Source of the DNA: Halieaceae bacterium
GTDB lineage: Bacteria; Pseudomonadota; Gammaproteobacteria; Pseudomonadales; Halieaceae
Reading direction: 5' to 3'
Length of the DNA stretch: 64,000 nucleotides
Assembly: GCA_038143045.1 (NCBI GenBank)
Contig: JAYQLF010000014.1
Location: 86,799-150,798 of the forward strand
Shown here in pieces: positions 55,791 through 64,000 of this stretch. The notes under the pieces are model-generated. The model saw only the letters and a list, made by a program, of their open reading frames with translations, was not told where the DNA came from and made no database searches. The translations under genes and the position numbers were made by a program. Position 1 is the stretch's first letter. Each line of letters starts with the position of its first letter.

Positions 55791-56525
55791 ATGGACCAGA
55801 TCCCCAGCCGACCCAGCGGCCGACGCCCACAGGACATGCGGCCAATCCAATTTGAGCGCGGTTACACCTGCCATGCCGAGGGTTCTGTTCTCGTTTCTTT
55901 CGGACAAACCAAGGTGATATGTACCGCCAGCATCAGCGCCGGTGTGCCGGGCTTTCTGCGGGGCAAGGGTGAGGGTTGGTTAACGGCAGAATACGGCATG
56001 TTGCCGCGCTCGACCGGATCGCGCATGGATCGCGAGGCGGCCCGCGGTAAACAAAGCGGGAGAACCGTAGAAATCCAGCGTCTGATCGGACGCTCTCTCC
56101 GTGCTGCGTTAGATCTCAAACTGCTCGGAGAGCGCACACTGACCGTTGATTGTGACGTGATTCAAGCGGATGGCGGCACGCGAACTGCCTCGATTTCGGG
56201 GGCCTGCGTGGCCGTAGTGGATGCGCTGAATACGTTGCAGCGTAAAGGGGAGTTGGAAGCGGACCCCTTAAAGCATTTGATCTCCGCTGTGTCAGTCGGT
56301 ATTTGGCGGGGTGTTCCCGTCGCCGACCTCGACTACGCAGAGGATTCCAGTGCCGACAGTGACATGAATGTGGTCATGACCGAGTACGGTGGTTTGATTG
56401 AGGTGCAGGGTACGGCGGAGGGCGCGACGTTTACTCAGGAAGAGTTGAGTGAGCTACTGGCACTCGCATCAGACGCTAGCGAGTCGATTACTGCTGCCCA
56501 ACGGGCCGCGCTCAGCGAAGGCTAG
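55791..56525 (+). CDS. rph: Ribonuclease PH
   Basis: [34 protein letters not shown]. Confidence 0.97.
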   Translation: MDQIPSRPSGRRPQDMRPIQFERGYTCHAEGSVLVSFGQTKVICTASISAGVPGFLRGKGEGWLTAEYGMLPRSTGSRMDREAARGKQSGRTVEIQRLIGRSLRAALDLKLLGERTLTVDCDVIQADGGTRTASISGACVAVVDALNTLQRKGELEADPLKHLISAVSVGIWRGVPVADLDYAEDSSADSDMNVVMTEYGGLIEVQGTAEGATFTQEELSELLALASDASESITAAQRAALSEG

Positions 56526-57283
56526 AGCGTCAGGTCGTAATCGATTACCACCGGTGCATGACGAGAGAACGCGTGCTCGTCATAAACGAAGCCCCGCTCA
56601 ACCTGACCTACCAAAAGCTCAGAGATGATGTGAGTGTCGGTGCGTAGCCCTCCGGCGTCATCTCCGTCAGGCCACCAGGTGAAGGCGCCTGGTTCGGGGT
56701 CAGCCTCGGAATAGGCATCCGCATAGCCACTGCTCAATAAATCCAAGAGCCAGCCGCGCTCCGAAGCTGACAAGCCTGGCAGGGATGTACTGTTGCCCGC
56801 GTCCTCTGCGTCGGCATAATGCGCCATGAGCTCCCAGCCGCCGCAGAGTATGTATCCGCGGCGTTTGTTGCGAATCTTCTCGAGGTGGCTGCCGAGCTGG
56901 GACAGAAATGCCATTTTGTTTGCCATGGCCTCAGGGCTACTCGAGCCGCTGGGTACGAGCACGGAGCCGACACTGACGTTGTTGTAATCAGCTTGGATAT
57001 AGAGGCCCTGGGAATCGAATTGGTCGAACCCCAGACCCCAAATGATGGCTTTGGGCATTTGCTTGCAATAGATCGCCACGCCGTTTACCCGAGGATCTTC
57101 GTAGTGATCCAGAAAATAGGGGTGGTAATCATCGGGAAAGAAAGCGTTATCCCGAAGCATGTGTTCGGCACATCGCGTGTCCTGCAGGCAAATGATGTCC
57201 GCATCCTGAGCAAAAAGCCACTCCAGGCCGCCCACTTCGGCCGCCCGCTCGAGCCCCTCTGTGACGAGGCTGATGACTCTCAT
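56522..57283 (-). CDS. crc: Catabolite repression control protein Crc (degenerate ExoIII fold)
   Basis: [50 protein letters not shown] as in Pseudomonas Crc; rph-crc-pyrE synteny. Confidence 0.8.
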   Translation of the reverse strand: MRVISLVTEGLERAAEVGGLEWLFAQDADIICLQDTRCAEHMLRDNAFFPDDYHPYFLDHYEDPRVNGVAIYCKQMPKAIIWGLGFDQFDSQGLYIQADYNNVSVGSVLVPSGSSSPEAMANKMAFLSQLGSHLEKIRNKRRGYILCGGWELMAHYADAEDAGNSTSLPGLSASERGWLLDLLSSGYADAYSEADPEPGAFTWWPDGDDAGGLRTDTHIISELLVGQVERGFVYDEHAFSRHAPVVIDYDLTL

Positions 57284-57407
57284 TGCTAGTCCCGATTGCT
57301 GTGATTGCATATCATACGGTGAAAGGACGCGCGTAGACTGCGGCCTGACTCGTATTAGAGCCCATTTGTCGCAGGCAGCGCGACTCATCAGCGCCAAGGA
57401 GCTGGGT

Positions 57408-58064
57408 GTGAATGACATATTGCCGACTTATCAGCACAACTTTATTGAGCTTGCTCTGGAGTGCCAGGTACTTCAATTTGGTGAGTTCGAGCTGAAGTCG
57501 GGTCGAATCAGTCCCTATTTCTTCAACGCCGGGAAATTTTCGACAGGGTCGGCACTGGCGCGTTTGGGCAGATGCTATGCAGCCGCGCTGAGTGAGGCGA
57601 ATTTGGCCTTTGATATGTTATTTGGGCCCGCATACAAAGGCATCCCATTGGTCGCGAGTACGGCCATGTCGCTTGCTGATCAGCATGGTCGGGATGTGCC
57701 CTTTGCGTTTAATCGTAAAGAGGCCAAAACACATGGTGAGGGGGGCAGCCTCGTCGGTGCGCCCCTTTGTGGCGAGGTGGTAGTTGTAGATGACGTGATG
57801 ACGGCAGGTACGGCGATCCGTGAGTCTATGGCCATTCTTAAACAGGCTGATGCTCTCGGAGCGGGCGTTGTCATAGGCCTAGATCGATGTGAGCGTGGTG
57901 ACGGGGAACTGTCTGCTGTGCAACAAGTTGAGCAGGACTGGGGGTTGCGGGTAGTGAGTGTCGTGACCCTCCACGACATCATTGCATGGGTGAAGGATGC
58001 GCCCGATATGGCAGGGCATCTGCAAGCTCTCGAGCAATACCGGGAGCGGTACGGCGTAGCGTAG
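57408..58064 (+). CDS. pyrE: Orotate phosphoribosyltransferase
   Basis: [32 protein letters not shown]; AAGGAG RBS before GTG 57408. Confidence 0.97.
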   Translation: MNDILPTYQHNFIELALECQVLQFGEFELKSGRISPYFFNAGKFSTGSALARLGRCYAAALSEANLAFDMLFGPAYKGIPLVASTAMSLADQHGRDVPFAFNRKEAKTHGEGGSLVGAPLCGEVVVVDDVMTAGTAIRESMAILKQADALGAGVVIGLDRCERGDGELSAVQQVEQDWGLRVVSVVTLHDIIAWVKDAPDMAGHLQALEQYRERYGVA

Positions 58065-58189
58065 TGTCTCGCCTCTCAGTGACGGCTCAAGGCGGTCGCG
58101 CTCGTCACAAGTCTCGAAATTCAAGTCACGCTCGCATTAAAACCGAACAGGTGGCAGCACCGCATGAATTGATGATTCAGGTGCCGTTT

Positions 58190-58810
58190 TCAGGCCCGAG
58201 TTGATGTTGCCGGCTTCATTAGCTCTGCGGTCAAGAAGCCCCACTGTTCGGCCCAGCCTTCTGAGGGTAGACGCCTAAAATCGCTGCGGCAATATTGATG
58301 AACCCGCCCTTCGGCAGCGGACAATAGTAAATTCGCAGCAGCAGACACAGGAATGCGCGTCCGGATGTGCTCTCGTATTTCGGCCTCGCGAAGGGTCTGC
58401 CGGAGCTGCGTTTCCAATCGCTCGTAAAACTGGGCCACCTGCTGGTGCAAACGCCCGGATTCGCCAGTTAGTGCCCGACCGGTGAGTAGCCGGGTGATAC
58501 CAGGATTACGCTCGCAGAACTCGATGTACAAGCGCAAAAACCCCTGACACTGCACTATGGCACCAGAGCGTTCTTCTGCAAGCCTGCCAATACGTGTGAA
58601 CAGGGCTTCCTCGGCAAATGCGATCAACGCCTCGAACATCTTCGTTTTGGAGGGGAAGTGGCGATATAGCGCGGCCTCAGACACGCCGACTGTTGCAGCG
58701 AGCTTGGCCGTCGTAATGCGTGTGTTCGGCGCCTCTTCAAGCATGCCGGCCAGCGCTTCGAGGATCTGCTGTTTGCGGTGAACCGTTGTTGATCCGTCGC
58801 TATCTGACAT
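58190..58810 (-). CDS. slmA: Nucleoid occlusion factor SlmA (TetR family)
   Basis: RKQQILEALA, ITTAKLAATVGVSEAALYRHFPSKTKMFE, NPGITRLLTG. Confidence 0.9.
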   Translation of the reverse strand: MSDSDGSTTVHRKQQILEALAGMLEEAPNTRITTAKLAATVGVSEAALYRHFPSKTKMFEALIAFAEEALFTRIGRLAEERSGAIVQCQGFLRLYIEFCERNPGITRLLTGRALTGESGRLHQQVAQFYERLETQLRQTLREAEIREHIRTRIPVSAAANLLLSAAEGRVHQYCRSDFRRLPSEGWAEQWGFLTAELMKPATSTRA

Positions 58811-58900
58811 CCGGTTAGGCTCGGCTTTAAATCCCGCTGATGCTAATCAGCACAAGCCCGGCAAGCAAATACGAATCGCTGTGACGACTCGCCCGCCCAG

Positions 58901-59896
<996 letters not shown>

Positions 59897-61096
59897 TTAT
59901 GCGCTCAGTTGAGCGGCTAGCGCGGCGACGATCTGCTCGGCGATCACCCGCTTGCTTGCGAGAGGAAGTGGCGTTTCTTCTGAGTCGGTGATCAGAAAAA
60001 CCGCGTTTTGGTCGGATCCGAACGTCGTCTCCGGCGCGCTGACGTCGTTTGCGATGATCATGTCGAGTCCTTTGCGGATCCGTTTTTCTCGTGCGTGGTG
60101 AAGGACGTTATGCGTTTCCGCGGCGAAGCCCACCAGTAATTTGGGCCGTCCGGGTAATTGAGCAACGCGCGAGATGATGTCGGGATTCTCAATCAATCTC
60201 AGCTCGATGGCGCTACCCCTTTTTTTGATCTTCTCATCAGCAATGATTTCCGGGCGGTAGTCCGCGACCGCGGCTGCACCGATAAAACAGTCCGCATCAT
60301 CAGCGAGGCTCAGTGCCGCCGCGCACATTTCTTCAGCAGAGGTCACTCTGTGCAATGTCACCCGTTCAGGGGCTTGAAGACCGACAGGTCCGGAGATGAG
60401 TGACACGTCCGCACCAGCAGCTGCGCAGGCTGATGCGAGCGCATAGCCCATTTTTCCCGAGCTGTGGTTACTGAGATAGCGCACGGGGTCGATGGCCTCT
60501 CGCGTTGGGCCCGCGGTAATGACGACGCGCTTCCCGTCAAGCAGCCGGCTTTCAAAGCGAGCGTCGAGTGCTGACACGATGCCATCGGGCTCTAAAAGTC
60601 GACCGGGTCCGACATCACCGCAGGCCTGCTCGCCCGCGTCAGGTCCAATGATCTGGATACCGCGTGCGCTCAGGTGTCCAATATTGTCCTGCGTGGCCGC
60701 GTGCGCCCACATCTGTTGATTCATGGCGGGTGCAACGGCGACCGGAGCGGGCGTCGCGAGGGCCACGGTGGTCAGTAAATCATCGGCTCTCCCCTGTGCA
60801 AGGCGCGCGATGACATCGGCGGTCGCCGGAGCAATGATCATCAGGTCAGCCCAGCGAGCGAGCTCGATATGGCCCATCCCTGCTTCAGCGGACTCATCGA
60901 GGAGCTCCGTGTGCGTGGGCTCACCGGACAATGCCTGCATGGTCAGGGGAGTGATGAACTCTGTCGCGCCTCGAGAGAGGATGACTTTAACGGTCGCTCC
61001 CTGCTTTTTCAGCAGCCGCACGAGCTCTGCACCTTTATAGGCCGCAATCCCGCCTGAGATGGCCAGGAGAATGTGACGTTGGCTTAAATGCCCCAT
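59897..61096 (-). CDS. coaBC: Phosphopantothenoylcysteine decarboxylase/ligase
   Basis: GGIAAYK, HIELARWAD, PAMN, ACGDVG, DPVRYLSNHSSGKMG. Confidence 0.97.
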   Translation of the reverse strand: MGHLSQRHILLAISGGIAAYKGAELVRLLKKQGATVKVILSRGATEFITPLTMQALSGEPTHTELLDESAEAGMGHIELARWADLMIIAPATADVIARLAQGRADDLLTTVALATPAPVAVAPAMNQQMWAHAATQDNIGHLSARGIQIIGPDAGEQACGDVGPGRLLEPDGIVSALDARFESRLLDGKRVVITAGPTREAIDPVRYLSNHSSGKMGYALASACAAAGADVSLISGPVGLQAPERVTLHRVTSAEEMCAAALSLADDADCFIGAAAVADYRPEIIADEKIKKRGSAIELRLIENPDIISRVAQLPGRPKLLVGFAAETHNVLHHAREKRIRKGLDMIIANDVSAPETTFGSDQNAVFLITDSEETPLPLASKRVIAEQIVAALAAQLSA

Positions 61097-61183
61097 GGGC
61101 TCTCATCACCTCACAGAAAACGAACGCACCCTAGCATTTGCAGGGGTTTTTGCACACTTGGCGTGACACCTGACCGAGGTTGC

Positions 61184-61220
61184 TTGCGCCTCCATGGCCC
61201 CTCTGGTATAAAACGCGCCC
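61184..61220 (+). promoter_or_regulatory. sigma70 promoter of rpmB-rpmG
   Basis: TTGCGC (61184-61189), 17 bp spacer ending TGG, TATAAA (61207-61212), then GC-rich CGCGCCC. Confidence 0.65.
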
Positions 61221-61245
61221 CTTGGAGATCACGACGAGTAATATC

Positions 61246-61482
61246 ATGTCACGTGTCTGTCAGGTAACGGGCAAGCGGCCCGTCACCGGAAATAACGTTT
61301 CGCACGCCAAAAATCGCACCAAGCGACGGTTTTTGCCCAACTTACACAACCATCGTTTTTGGATAGAGTCCGAGAAGCGCTTCGTATCGCTGCGGGTATC
61401 CTCTAAAGGCATGCGAATTATTGATAAGCGCGGCATTGAAGCGGTCCTCGAGGACCTGCGTGCTCGCGGCGAAAAAGTGTAA
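61246..61482 (+). CDS. rpmB: 50S ribosomal protein L28
   Basis: [26 protein letters not shown]. Confidence 0.98.
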   Translation: MSRVCQVTGKRPVTGNNVSHAKNRTKRRFLPNLHNHRFWIESEKRFVSLRVSSKGMRIIDKRGIEAVLEDLRARGEKV

Positions 61483-61492
61483 GGATTGAGCC

Positions 61493-61648
61493 ATGCGTGA
61501 AAAAATCAGAATGAATTCAACGGCGGGTACTGGCCACTTCTACACTACCGACAAGAATAAGCGGACCATGCCCGATAAGCTGGAAATGAAAAAGTACGAC
61601 CCGGTTGCGCGCAAGCACGTGATCTATAAAGAAGCCAAGATCAAATAA
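61493..61648 (+). CDS. rpmG: 50S ribosomal protein L33 (not in ORF track, 51 aa)
   Basis: Hand translation [51 protein letters not shown]. Confidence 0.98.
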   Translation: MREKIRMNSTAGTGHFYTTDKNKRTMPDKLEMKKYDPVARKHVIYKEAKIK

Positions 61649-61666
61649 GTTTGGCGACTCTGACAT

Positions 61667-61699
61667 AAAAACCCCGGCTCTTAGCCGGGGTTTTTGTTT
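61667..61699 (+). terminator. Rho-independent (bidirectional-type) terminator after rpmG
   Basis: AAAAACCCCGGCT-CTT-AGCCGGGGTTTTTGTTT. Confidence 0.9.
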
Positions 61700-61830
61700 A
61701 CACCTTCCACACGTCAATCTGCTGGGCTGTGACATTGAATATAGATCTCGACATCAAACCTAGATATCGAACATGACTCACCGTCATCTTTTCACTCCCG
61801 TTAACAGTCCGTTCATTGCGCGTTACGACC

Positions 61831-62640
61831 ATGCCTGAGTTACCCGAAGTCGAAACGACCTGCCGTGGGATCGCGCCGCACATCCTTGATCGCAACGTGC
61901 TGGACGTGATCGTCCGCGAACCGCGGTTGCGATGGCCGGTGCCGCGCCGGTTGCGGAAAATTTTGAGGGGAGCGCGTTTTACGGCGGTGAATCGCCGCGC
62001 CAAATACTTGTTGCTGGAGACGGACAAGGGAATTTTGATGGCGCATCTGGGCATGTCCGGAAGCTTACGGATTATGCCTGCCGACACACCGGCGCTGTTT
62101 CACGATCATATTGATCTCGTGCTCGATGACGGCCGCTGCCTCCGCTACCACGATCCGCGACGGTTCGGCAGTTTCCATTGGCTGCGGACTCTTGACCACC
62201 CCCTGCTTGATCATCTTGGTCCAGAGCCGTTGGCAGCATCTTTTGACGGCAGCTATTTATATGAGCGCTCCCGAGGCCGGCGGATACCGGTTAAACAGTT
62301 CATCATGGACGGAAAAATTGTGGTGGGTGTGGGCAACATCTACGCCAATGAGGCCCTTTTTATGGCGGGTATTCACCCCGCCCGCGCTGCTGGGCGGGTG
62401 GCGCTTTTGCGATACGAATCATTGGCACAGACAATCAAAACCGTGCTCGGCGATGCTATCGAGCAGGGCGGTACGACGCTACGCGATTTCGTGGGTGGGG
62501 ACGGCTCGCCCGGCTATTTTGCGCAGCAACTCCGGGTTTACGGGCGTCAGGGCCAGCCCTGCAGGGTATGTAAATCAGCGCTCAAAGAAATTCGTCAGGG
62601 CGGCCGCAGTACCGTCTATTGCCCCGACTGTCAGCGCTGA
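61831..62640 (+). CDS. mutM: Formamidopyrimidine-DNA glycosylase
   Basis: [24 protein letters not shown]-terminal zinc finger. Confidence 0.98.
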   Translation: MPELPEVETTCRGIAPHILDRNVLDVIVREPRLRWPVPRRLRKILRGARFTAVNRRAKYLLLETDKGILMAHLGMSGSLRIMPADTPALFHDHIDLVLDDGRCLRYHDPRRFGSFHWLRTLDHPLLDHLGPEPLAASFDGSYLYERSRGRRIPVKQFIMDGKIVVGVGNIYANEALFMAGIHPARAAGRVALLRYESLAQTIKTVLGDAIEQGGTTLRDFVGGDGSPGYFAQQLRVYGRQGQPCRVCKSALKEIRQGGRSTVYCPDCQR

Positions 62641-62704
62641 GGGTCTCAGCCCACGGCCTGTCCAAAACAACCGAGCTATCGCTCCACAAGTGACGCCGAT
62701 GGCA

Positions 62705-63855
<1,151 letters not shown>

Positions 63856-63950
63856 ACAGTTACCTTGTTGGGGGTGCTAGACTCTTTCTGCATAAGGGTC
63901 AGGTTAGGAAGTGCAGTGGACCTGATGCCCCCAACTGAGTCAAACAGATC

Positions 63951-64000
63951 ATGAAGCTATTCAAACGCCGCCCCAAAACTGACAGTGGCGAGCGCGCCCT
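63951..64000 (+). CDS. 5' end of a gene divergent from rsmD, probably the SRP receptor FtsY
   Basis: ATG MKLFKRRPKTDSGERA open to window end; identity rests only on the usual rsmD/ftsY divergent arrangement. Confidence 0.45.
   Translation, partial: MKLFKRRPKTDSGERA

Overview
Origin-proximal core chromosome of a gammaproteobacterium. Gene content and order are Pseudomonas/Cellvibrionales-like; an OM60/NOR5 Halieaceae-type marine bacterium is my inference, not a database result. The window is almost all housekeeping: def-fmt-rsmB-trkAH, djlA/lpxL, glyQS-rmuC, gyrB-recF-dnaN-dnaA, rpmH-rnpA-yidD-yidC-mnmE, mnmG-rsmG-parAB, atpIBEFHAGDC-glmUS, uvrD, a split TRAP transporter, yaaA, ubiA, recG, ridA-spoT-rpoZ-gmk-yicC, rph, crc, pyrE, slmA, argB, coaBC, rpmBG, mutM, coaD, rsmD. 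I found no rRNA, tRNA, CRISPR array, transposase or integrase. Non-obvious signals: (1) two DnaA-box/IHF regions, dnaA-rpmH and mnmE-mnmG, the latter with an AT-rich element; (2) two perfect parS palindromes inside recF and a near-consensus SlmA site inside gyrB; (3) a ~1.2 kb accessory patch after glmS with three unannotated 51-55 aa membrane microprotein ORFs and a convergent secreted two-cysteine protein whose leader has an Hfq/Crc-type AANAANAA motif; (4) a nuclease-dead Crc homologue; (5) six conserved genes broken by small lesions, most likely sequencing errors. I cannot support a clear-cut novel multi-gene system. The glmS-uvrD microprotein patch is the best candidate for undescribed biology.
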